A program made the position numbers and the translations under genes. Shown here in pieces: positions 13,555 to 24,438 of a stretch of DNA of 64,000 bases. The DNA comes from Malacoraja senta (taxonomy: Eukaryota): the NCBI GenBank assembly GCA_038087875.1, contig CM075993.1, forward strand, positions 4,838,001 to 4,902,000. Direction: 5' to 3'. The notes under the pieces were generated by a model that was not told the DNA's origin, ran no database searches, and saw only the letters and a program-made list of their open reading frames with translations. Every line of letters begins with the position of its first letter. The stretch's first letter is position 1.

Positions 13555-13970
13555 AACTTTTTTTTTTTATTTTTAAAATTTTAAAAGCATATGTACAAAT
13601 GATAATGAACGACAAACTGGTTACAGAGTTCTTACATAGCTTTAATTTTTAACGTTTTTTTTAAAGAAAAGAAATAGAGAAAGACAGAGATAAGAGCAAC
13701 TGTAAACTAATAGAAAGGAAAGAAGAGCAAGAAGGAAAGGAGATTACAAATATAAAGATTGTGGAGATAGATCCGGGAGACGTTAAGTATAGTTGTTCAT
13801 GCAACCCTAAACTCAAGTTGTGACTTTAATTTTGTGTTAAACCAATTTACTTTTCAATAAATTCAATAAATGGGGACAATATTTTAAAAAATAGTTCTGG
13901 TTTGTCAATTAAGACAAATCTTATTTTTTCCAAATGCAAGGTCTCAGTCATTTCCGTAATCCACATTTTA
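13555..13970 (-). mobile_element. L1/Tx1-like 3' fragment
   Basis: T-rich start, similarity to the 3' ends at 24439-25060 and 27900-28395. Confidence 0.6.
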
Positions 13971-14649
13971 CAAAATGGTAAGGTGATGGTCAGTGGAACA
14001 CATTGGACCAAGAGCGTGTTCCCGTGCTGTGGGACTCTGAGCTGATGATGGAGCTGGTTTGGGTCCAGTTCGCCTCTTCTCTCCTTGAATCTTTGTGCTT
14101 TTAGTTCTTGCGATCAGTCTACCAAGTGGGGCCTCGCCAAATGCTTTGCTCTAAATCAAGGTTCACACCATCAGATGCATTGGATTGTGTTGTGCCCTCA
14201 GAAATGCTGTGGAGTTGGTCAGGATTTCCCTGTTGAGTCCCTATTTAATCTGATTAACCACAATGACGGTTTATACCATGGCTTGGAATTTCAAAAACTT
14301 GTTCGTGCTTGAAGTTAAACTTACTATTTGTAGTTCTCTTTTTCTCCAAATGCTTCATTACCCTGTAAGCCACATTGGTTAATCAATAGCTCGTCACCAC
14401 GGTAACCCTGGCCTGACAAATATCATCCCATCACAAATATCCTTAATATAGAAACAAGGAACTATGATGCTGGCTTACAAAGAAGTACACACAGTGTTGG
14501 TGTAACTCAGCGGGCCAGGCAGCATCTCTGGAGGACATGAATAGATGACATTTCAGGTTGGGACCCTTCTTCAGACTCAAGTGTCCTTAATCCTGCCCAT
14601 CTCTCTTCCTCCAGCCCCCTCTACAAATCAAACTAGCATCCTTTGGTCT

Positions 14650-14975
14650 GAAGGTAGACAAAAATGCTGGAGAAACTCAGCGGGTGAGGCAGCATCGATG
14701 GAGCGAAGGAAATAGGCAACGTTTCGGGCCGAAACCCTTTTTCAGACTGAAGAAGGGTTTCGGCCCGAAACGTTGCCTATTTCCTATTTTCTACCTTCGA
14801 TTTTCGATTTTCCAGCATCTGCAGTTCCTTCTTAAGCCTTCGGTCTGAAGAAGGGTCTCGACCAGAAACATCACCCATTCCTTCACTTTAGAGATGCTGC
14901 CTGCCCCGCTGAGTTACTCCAGCTTTTTGTGTCTATCTTCGGTTTAAACCAGCATCCGCAGTTCCTTCCTACACA
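14650..14975. mobile_element. Penelope-like terminal repeats (two subfamilies, nested) with hammerhead motifs
   Basis: inverted arms around 14745; motifs at 14747-14774 and ~14845. Confidence 0.7.
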
Positions 14976-15361
14976 TACAGCTCCCTTTAGTAGTTCTGAC
15001 GAAGGGTATTTAATTTGAAACATTCGCTATCTTTCTTTCCTCAGACACCGCTTAACCTGCTAAGTTTCCAGCAGTTATATTTCATATTTCCCGCATCTGC
15101 TGTTTTTAAAAATAAAATCATGGCTTGTTAATTATGCGCAGGAAAGAACTGCAGATGCTGGTTTACACCGAAGATGGACTCAAAATGCTGGAGTAACTCA
15201 GCGGAACAGGAAGCATCTCTGGTTGTCTACCCCACTGAGCTATTCCGGCATTATGTGCGTATCCATGGTTTGTTATTACTTGGTTTGTCTTTTTTTCCCC
15301 TTAAAATATAACAAGACAATAGTCCACGAGGAGCAGATAATGAAAACACATCGAGCATTGT

Positions 15362-15772
15362 GTTTAAGAAGGAACTGCAGATGCTGGAAAATCGAAGGTA
15401 GACATAAGTGCTGGAGAAACTCAGCGGGTGCAGCAACATCTATGGAGCGAAGGAAATAGGCAACGTTTCGGGCCGAAACCCATCCCCATCAGTCTGAAGA
15501 AGGGTTTCGGCCCGAAACGTTGCCCATTTCCTTCACTCCATAGATGCTGCCTCACCCGCTGAGTTTCTCCAGCACTTTTGTCCAAAGGCTTTTGTCTATC
15601 TGCAGTTCCTAAGAATAGACACAAAAACCTGGAGTAACACAGCGGGTCAGACAGCATCTCTGGAGAAAAGAACATTTTGTCTGAAGAGGGGTTTCGGCCC
15701 GAAACGTTGCCTATTTCCTTCGCTCCATAGATGCTGCTGCACCCGCTGAGTTTCTCCAGCACTTTTGTCTAC
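15362..15772. mobile_element. Cluster of Penelope-like terminal repeats with hammerhead motifs
   Basis: motifs at 15494 and 15681; inverted arms. Confidence 0.7.
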
Positions 15773-16176
15773 AGAGAGAGCATTAGTATGCTGTCTGGAT
15801 GGTAGTTTAGCAGCTGAGAGACTTTACCGGATATGTGTATGAACCAAAAAGGTAAGGGTAATTAGCACATAGTTAATTATAGTGTCCCTACTTCTCTTCG
15901 TCTTTTAATACCGATCTTTCTCTACTTTCAGTACTTTACACTCAATTATGTTGCCATAGTTAATATTACCAAATAATAAAACTCTGAATCATAATGTCAG
16001 CTCAGCTCAGCTGACTCTGAATCAAAAATATGCCAATATAATTGGCATAGAGATTCGTCCAAAATGGAAACCGGCTCTTGAAGAGTTGCTGGACTCGTCG
16101 GAGAGAGGAGGAGGAATTCTGAAGAAGGGTCTCGACCGGAAACGTCGCCCATTCCTTTTCTCCGGAAATGCTCACG

Positions 16177-16430
16177 CAGCACCAGAGACCCGGGTTCGAT
16201 CCTGACTCCGGAGACCAACTGTACGGAGTTTATACAGTGCGTTGTCCCCGTGACTGCGTGGGTTTTCGCTGATTCCTACCCACACCCTATGCAGGTCGTA
16301 GGTTAATTGGCTCCTGTAAATTGTCCCTACTGTGTAGGATAGAACTAGTGTACCGGTGATCGCTGGTCGGAGTAGACTCGGTGGGCTGAAGGGGCCTGTT
16401 TCCACGCTGAACCTCTAAACTAAACTAAAC
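16177..16430 (+). mobile_element. tRNA-derived V-SINE (HE1-like)
   Basis: B box GGTTCGATCC, V-domain remnant, CR1-like tail and (CTAAA)n. Confidence 0.8.
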
Positions 16431-18042
16431 TATCAGTGTTTTTTGTATGCTGTCAAAAAGGTGCATGGACTGCAACACAACTCTGGAAATAAACCGATTC
16501 ACGAACTGGGTGATGGGTGTGGTGAGATATGAAGCAGGTATATCCCTACACAAGGGTCCCTTTTTTTTCTCTTGTTTTCCATCTCTTTTCTCATTTTTTT
16601 TCTTTTTTTTTTCTTCTCCTTTCTTTTTAAAGTAATTGTATATGGGTTTTTGTCTCTATTTATCTACAGGCTATCACTTGTTCACCCCTGGACTGCCCAT
16701 CGGGTACTCCAGAGGTTTACACATCACTACTTCCTTCACTCTTCACGCTTTCTTTTTCTCGCTCTCTCTTTCTTGCCCTACCTTTTTCTTGTTAAATTTA
16801 AGAGAGAAGTTGTACACAAAATGTATTTTGTCATATGCCGCGGTTTATACTACTGTACATTGCTTCTGATAAAAATACAAATAAAAAAAAATATTTAAAA
16901 AAAAAGGTGCATGGATAGGTGTGGATTCCGGTGAGGACCCTTCTTCAGACTGATGAAGTCTGCAGATGTGGGGGGGGGGGGGGGGGTTTGGGGGGAAAGA
17001 TAGCTAGACAGGTCACGACCTTAAACATCACCTATCCACGTTTTCCAGCGATCAACGGAGTCACTCCAGCACTTTGCGTTTCTTTCCTTGGTAAACCAGC
17101 ATCTGCAGTTCCTTGTTTCTACACTTGGATATGAAATAAAACTTGCAACGGCACTACTGCAAAAAAACACAGGTGCAGGAAAAATTGAGAAATTAATACT
17201 GATGACTCAGGGCCTGCCCGATGACATCTCGAGTTTCTGTACAGCTTTTTAACTAAATTGGAGAACATTTTACATCCTTGCTCGGAATATTATTTTTCTG
17301 GATCTCCACAGTCTGGTAAGAAGGCCATGATTTCCCTTTTACATAGATACATAGAAATTAGGTGCAGGAGTAGGCCATTCGGCCCTTCGAGCCTGCACCG
17401 CCATTCAATACGATCATGGCTGATCATCCAACTCAGTATCCCGTACCTGCCTTCTCTCCATACCCCCTGATCCCTTTAGCCACAAGGGCCACATCTAATT
17501 CCCTCTTAAATATACAATCGTCTCAAACAGTTTCTGCTTTCTGATCCTGAGGTTGTCCCCAATGGTTTAGTGGTCAAATGAATGCATCAAGCGCCACTGA
17601 ACTGTAGTGGGCGGAGTGGCCACAAGCAGCAACTCTGATCCCAGTCTCTCTAAACTCCTGCCAGTAACAGCGGACAAGCCATTACCCGTCCCTGACCTAG
17701 GTGGAAGCCACTTGCAAGCACCAGGCAAAGACTGGCAGGGAGGAAAGGTTGCACCGGCTAGGCTTGTATACATGGTGTTTCAAAGAGTGGGACAAGACAA
17801 TGTATTTTGAGGGGTGTATTCTGAGTTCTTCCAGATGCTGGTTTACACCGAAGATAGACGCAAAATGCTGGAGTAACTCAGTGGGACAGGCAGCATCTCT
17901 GGATAGAAAGGAATGGGTGACGTTTCGGGTCAGACCGAGAGTCAGGGGAGAGGGAGACACAGATGTGGAAGGGTAAGGTGTGAAAACGAGAAATCAAAGG
18001 GGACGAAGTCCAAGGAAAATGTGGAATAGATCATTAGACCCA

Positions 18043-18265
18043 TTGAACATTGACTTCTCCAATTTCAGGTAGTCCCTGCTTTCTCCTTCTTTCCCCTCCC
18101 CTTCCCAGCTCTCACACAGCCCACTGTCTCCGCCTCTTCCTTTCTTCTTCCCGCCCCCACCCCCTCAACAGTCTGAAGAAGGGTCTCGACCCGAAAACGT
18201 CGCCTATTTCCTTCGCTCCATAGATGCTGCCTCACCCGCTGAGTTTCTCCAGCATTTTTGTCCAC
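18043..18265 (+). mobile_element. Penelope-like element 3' end: ORF terminus, pyrimidine tract and hammerhead-bearing terminal repeat
   Basis: TTG AAC ATT GAC TTC TCC AAT TTC AGG TAG = LNIDFSNFR* (recalled as PLE ORF end), followed by CTGAAGAAGGGTCTCGACCCGAAAACGTC at 18173. Confidence 0.65.
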
Positions 18266-19166
18266 ATTAGACCCATTGAGGGGTCTTTACCGAGAATTAG
18301 AGAGAATGTTTCTCCCTGTAAACAATATTCTACAAATGGGGACATTTTGTTAAAAAAATAAAGAGATGGCCATTCAAGAGAGATGACTTTCATGTCTTTT
18401 CCGAGTTTTTGGAACCCTCTCAACGGATGGTGGTTGTAGAGTCCTTGAGTATTTTTAAGGCATGGGTAGATGGTCTCATGTTGAGGTCAAGGGGTGAAGG
18501 GTTACTAGGTTGAATGGTTACAAGAGGTGGGCAGCAATACAGACTGGTTGTATGGACTGTGTGAGCAGGGGGTGAATGATGAACCTAGTTCATAATATTT
18601 GTTTGAATTCTGTAGACTACCTTGCCATCATCTTCTTCAGGGCTTTTAGGGTAAGTCAATATGTATGCTTGTCCTGCCCAGGATGGCGCATGTATTGAAA
18701 ACATACAAAGACTTTGTGCAGAGTCCGGTTCAATTGTGGCCTAAACTCAAAAGTGCTTGAGGAACTCAACGTGTCAGGCAGCATCTGTGGAAGGAATGGA
18801 CAGATGACGCTTTGGGCCGAGACCTTTCTTCGGACTGAGTTCTTCCAGCACCTCGTCTTTTGCTTAAGATCCCAGCATTTGCGGTTGCTTGTGTCTCAAT
18901 TGCGTGCAGTTCTGGTTGTGCCTTCACAGGAAGGATGTGTAGGCTTTGGAGAGGTTGAATTTTACCGGAAAGCTACCCGGATTAGAGTGTTTCAGCTACA
19001 CGGAGAGGTTGAATAAACTTGGATTGTTTTCTCTGGAACATCAGAGGTCGACGGGAAACTTGATAGAAGAATGTGAAATTATGAGGGGCATAGATAGGTA
19101 GACAGTCAGAACCTTTATTCCAAGGTGGAAATATCCATCACTAGAGATGTCCATCAATATCCATCT

Positions 19167-19697
19167 ACACGGTCTGTTCTCACCTTCTCCATCATGGTCT
19201 GGTTTGGCTCAGCCACCAAGCACGACACCTGGAGGCTGCAGCGAATCGTCCGATCAGCAGAGAAGGTTATTGGCTGCAACCTTCCCTCCATTGATGAACT
19301 GTACACTGCAAGGGCCAGGAAGCGAGCGGGCAAGATCATCTCTGACCCCTCTCACCCTGGCCACAAACTCTTTGAATCACTTCCCTCTGGAAGGCGACTC
19401 CGGACTGTCAAAGCTGCCACAGCCAGACATAAAAACAGTTTTTATCCACGAGTAGTTGCTTTACTCAACAGCCAAAAATCTGTAGCCTCCCTTTTGATCT
19501 GGTATTTTGTTGGTTCACATGCTTGATCAATGGTGTTTTATCATTAATGTTTTATTATTATTAATGTTTAGTGTTTTCTGAGTCATTCGTAACTGTCACT
19601 GTATGTCATGTTGTTACTTGTGGGCGGAGCACCAAGGCAAATTCCTTGTATGTGAATACTTGGCCAATAAACTTACTTACTTACTTACTTACTTACT
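19167..19697 (+). mobile_element. Rex1/Babar-like 3' fragment
   Basis: ORF 19125..19526; AATAAA plus (CTTA)n tail; inserted inside an older CR1 fragment. Confidence 0.82.
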
Positions 19698-21483
19698 AAG
19701 AGGGCATAGGTACAAGGTGAAAGGGGGAGAGTTTAATGGAGATGTGTGGAGCAGGTTTTATACACAGAGGTTGGTGGAGGCCTGGAAACCATTGCGAAGG
19801 GTTGGGTTGGGGTGGAGGCAGGTACTATAGTGGCATTTAAGAGGTTTTTAGATAGGCACGTGGAAGTGTAAGGATTAGAGGGAGAGGGCTGTGGATCAGG
19901 TGCAGGCAGATGATATCAGTTTGACTTGGTATCATGTTCAGAACAAACATTGTGGGCCGAAGGGCCTGTTCCTGTGCTGTACTCTTCTATGTTCGAATTG
20001 TGGCATAATACTGCTCGGGCTGTACTCCAAAATGTACCCACCTCTCCCTTGTCCTCTTTGATAAGAAAACTCGCAATGACATGAATGCAAAAACCACAGG
20101 TGCAAGAAAACTTGAGAAATTAATATCGAAAGTGGAAAATTAATTTTTATTAGCATTTCCTTTTTACTTATTTGGCCTCTTTATACGACGGAAATGTGTT
20201 GGTGTGTGCTGTTCTAGGGTCACTGAAGACATTTCCGATGAGTAATGTACAAAATATTTTACTGGTTTATCAATAAATTGTTACAGTCTCAGTAACTGAA
20301 ACATTCAAGTACAGATTCAATCTGAATCTGACATCAGTTTGAAGAAGGGTCTCGACCCGAAACGTCACCCAATCCTTCTCTCCAGAGATGCTGCCTGTCC
20401 CGGCTGAGATACTCCAGAATTTTGTGTTTTTCTTCGGTGTGGACCAGCATCTGCTGTTCCGTCCCACATACTACAATCACTTCTGGTCGATGACCAGATG
20501 GAGGGGAAATTAGAAATCACTTGCGTTTTACATTGCAGAAAAGGTAAGGAGTGAGATAAAGAAAAAAAATCATTGCAAAGTCCGTCTTTGATACATGCAT
20601 CACAGAAGTGAAGTACCTGGCAATGGGGTCAAGTTTGTTCAACTCACACTAGCTGTTCGGAAAAGTAGCAAAACCGAGGAAACGAAAGGAGAAGTTTGGG
20701 GACCTTGTCCGAAGTGCAACTTCCCCTGTTTCTCCTACATCCGATAGATTACATAGCCCATGTGGAACTGAACCACGTGGAACAAGGAAGGCCTCTGATT
20801 TAGTTGCAGTCCTAAGCTATTACATGGCCTCTTTCAAGCTGATGATATCTAAGCCAGAGGTGTTGGATGCCATCTAGACACATGTAGACTGGCACAAAGA
20901 TTATCCCTCAGGAGATCTTCCGTAATTCACTCAGAAACGTAGAAAATACAGGACATACAGGACTTAGTAGGCCATTTGGCTCTTCGAGCCAGCACTGCCA
21001 TCACTATGATCATGGCTGATCATCCAGAATCAGTACCCTGTTCCTGCTTTCTCCCCGTATCCCTTGATTCCGTACGTCTTTGCATGTCGTTGAATATTCC
21101 ATTGAACTTCCACAGGTGTACGGTAGAAAGCACACCGACTATTTGCACCAGCGCCTAGTTGAGTAACTCGAATGCCCCAGAGCTAAGGAGGCTGCACAAA
21201 ATGCTGGACATTGCCAGGTCCATCGCGATTACTGACCTCCCCTCCACCTAAATATTGCAACTCTCTGACATTTGGCTGATGCAAAACAAAAAAAAGTTGG
21301 AGTAACATTAGAGGGTCAGGCAGCATCTCTGGAGAACGTGGATAGGTGACGTTTTGGGATTGGGACCCTTCTTTGAACTTTTGAAAACCATCCTGATCAT
21401 TTTTATCTGTTCTTCTCAGCAAGTATTTCTGGGAAGGCTGATGCAATAGTGGCATTTAAGAGGCTTTTAGACAGGCATCTTTG

Positions 21484-21782
21484 CGTGGCGCAGTGGTAGA
21501 GCAGCTGCTTCACAGCGCCAGAGAACCAGGTTCGATCTTGACTACGGATGCTTGCTGTGTGGCGTTTGTACATTCTCCCTTTGACTGGGTGCTCCGATTC
21601 CCTCCCACATTCCAAAGATGTGCAGGTTTGTAGGTTAATTGGCTTCTGTAAATTGCCCCTAGTTTTGTGGGATGCGAAAGTTGGATAATATGGAAGCAGA
21701 GTACAGATGGTTGACGGTCAGTGTGGACTTGGTGGGCTGAAGAGGCTGTTTCCACGCTGTATCTCCAAACTAAACTGAACTA
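21484..21782 (+). mobile_element. tRNA-derived V-SINE (HE1-like)
   Basis: A box TGGCGCAGTGG, B box GGTTCGATC, V-domain GGTGCTCCGATTCCCTCCCAC, CR1-type tail. Confidence 0.85.
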
Positions 21783-22041
21783 ATCAAAGATACACAAGGA
21801 CTTGAGGGACATGAATCATATGCAAGCAGAGATTAGTTTAACTTGGCGTCATGTTCGGCTTGGACATTGTGATCTGAAGGGCCTGTTCTTGTGCTGTACC
21901 GTTCTATGACCTATGAGATGATGAGGAGATGGATGGAGTTTCTGGATTGCAAAACGAGTTTGAGTATAGATTTGGAAGGCGGTGACGGTGGAGAAAGTGC
22001 GGAGGAGGATGTGTGACATCGTCTTTGTGTTAATTTCACAG

Positions 22042-22142
22042 TGTCCAGAGTTCACCAGTTACGTCGGGCATGAGGTCTTACTGGAACGGTTACGGGAAGG
22101 CCGAAAGATCTGCAAGGACATGGAGGAACTTCTGAAACTGAG
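22042..22142 (+). CDS. PSTPIP1: PSTPIP1 exon 2 ([33 protein letters not shown])
   Basis: acceptor tttcacag, donor GTAAGG; FCH motif [12 protein letters not shown]. Confidence 0.95.
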
Positions 22143-22582
22143 GTAAGGTTCGACGGAGTTCCTTCTGAGGCAACTATTTTTCGCATGAAAATGTTACCCA
22201 TGACGTGCAAGGGAAACTTCCTCATAACTCGCCCATTTATGCATTTCTACTTTGAGGTTAAATGTTCTTCCTACTTTCTGAAAGTTGTGATTTCCTTTGT
22301 GAAGCTCTGCTCTCCTTCCTCCATCTCTCCCTCTCGACTACTCTGCCCAGTTCTGCTTGACATCTCAAGTTGAGAATGAGCTTGACATTTTCTCCAGTTA
22401 ATTACTGGGAAGATTGAGACCACCGATTTGGTCCCCAACTTAATCTCTGTTCCCCAGTCACTACTTAACTCCATCCCTTTCCCTGGCTATCCTGTGCCCC
22501 GAAACATCACCCATTCCTACTCTCCAGAGCAAGTTTCCAGTCACAGCCCACCTCGTTTGATGTATCTTGCTGCACATCTCCA

Positions 22583-23516
22583 ACATAGAAACATAGAAAC
22601 ATAGAAATTAGGTGCAGGAGTAGGCCATTCGGCCCTTCGAGCCTGCACCGCCATTCAATATGATCATGGCTGATCATCCAACTCAGTATCCCGTACCTGC
22701 CTTCTCTCCATACCCTCTGATCCCTTTAGCCACAAGGGCCACATCTAGCTCCCTCTTAAATATAGCCAATGAACTGGCCTCGACTACCCTCTGTGGCAGA
22801 GAGTTCCAGAGATTCACCACTCTCTGTGTGAAAAAAGTTCTTCTCATCTCGGTTTTAAAGGATTTCCCCCTTATCCTTAAGCTGTGACCCCTTGTCCTGG
22901 ACTTCCCAACATCGGGAGCAATCTTCCTGCATCTAGCCTGTCCAACCCCTTAAGAATTTTGTAAGTTTCTATAAGATCCCCTCTCAATCTCCTAAATTCT
23001 AGAGAGTATAAACCAAGTCTATCCAGTCTTTCTTCATAAGACAGTCCTGACATCCCAGGAATCAGTCTGGTGAACCTTCTCTGCACTCCCTCTATGGCAA
23101 TAATGTCCTTCCTCAGATTTGGAGACCAAAACTGTACGCAATACTCCAGGTGTGGTCTCACCAAGACCCTGTACAACTGCAGTAGAACCTCCCTGCTCCT
23201 ATACTCAAATCCTTTTGCTATGAAAGCTAACATACCATTCGCTTTCTTCACTGCCTGCTGCACCTGCATGCCTACTTTCAATGACTGGTGTACCATGACA
23301 CCCAGGTCTCGCTGCATCTCCCCTTTTCCTAGTCGGCCACCATTTAGAAAATAGTCTGCTTTCCTGTTTTTGCCACCAAAATGGATAACCTCACATTTAT
23401 CCACATTATACTGCATCTGCCAAACATTTGCCCACTCACCCAGCCTATCCAAGTCACCTTGCAGTCTCCTAGCATCCTCCTCACAGCTAACACTGCCCCC
23501 CAGCTTAGTGTCATCC
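22583..23516 (-). mobile_element. CR1 LINE, 5'-truncated
   Basis: ORF 22877..23557 RT C-terminus nearly identical to 8533..9852; (CATAGAAA)n tail. Confidence 0.95.
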
Positions 23517-24305
23517 TTGACCCCCTCCCCTTTTAGTCTCCCCCATGAAAGAGACACAACCTGCTATGGTGGTTGAATAATCCAGTCTGAAGAAGGGTCT
23601 CGACCCGAAACGTCACCCATTTCATTCTCTCCAGAGATGCTGCCTGTCCCGCTGAGTTACTCCAGCTTTTTGTGCTATCTTCTGCCTTTGTCAACTCCTG
23701 GTTGAACATGGGATTGCGGGTTCAGTACCTCCATCGTTGCTGACTGCTGCCCACTTCCTAAAACTTGAAGGCACAGGCCGAAGGCGAGAGTGGAGAGATT
23801 CAAGAGACATCGGGAGGCACCTTTTTCACTCGGAGGGTATTCCATATCTATAATGAGCTGCCAGTGACATCTACAGAGGCGGGTACAATTTTGACTTTTA
23901 TAAGACATTTGATCAGGTATATGGATGGGGAGGGTTTAGAGGGCTAAAGGCCAAATCCAGGCCATTAAAACATACATCGCTGAGCAAGTTTCCAGTCACA
24001 CCCCGCCTCGTTTGATGTTTCTTGCTGCACATGTCCAACACTCTGACCCCCCGCCCCCCTTTTGGTCTCCCCCATGTAAGAAAAACAACCTGCTATGGTG
24101 GTTGAATAATCAAGTCTGAGGAAGGGTCTCGACCCGAAACGTCACCCATTCCTTCTCTCCAGAGATGCTGCCCGTCCCGTTGAGTTACTCCAGCTTTCTG
24201 GAGTAACTCTATCTTTGGTTTGAGCCAGCGTCTGCAGTTCCTCCCTACCCACTGTTATAACGGTTGATGGATGTGACTGAAAAAATGTTCTGTCTTTTTG
24301 CCCAG

Positions 24306-24380
24306 GGCAATAGCGGAAGAAAAGTACGGAAAGGAGTTGATGAATATTGCACGCAAGGCCGGGGGGCAAATGGAGCTGAA
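24306..24380 (+). CDS. PSTPIP1: PSTPIP1 exon 3 (AIAEEKYGKELMNIARKAGGQMEL)
   Basis: acceptor ttttgcccag, donor GTAAGT; phase-compatible. Confidence 0.95.
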
Positions 24381-24438
24381 GTAAGTGTAGTGGGTCTGCT
24401 TGAGCTGATGCATCAAGTTGAGTTTACTTTAGAATTCT

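Noticed and set aside
13238..15772. Clustered palindromic repeats resembling a CRISPR or REP array
   Set aside because: Eukaryotic context, irregular spacing and no unique spacers; explained as Penelope-like terminal repeats
21484..21550. tRNA-like A/B boxes
   Set aside because: SINE head, not a tRNA gene; no complete cloverleaf
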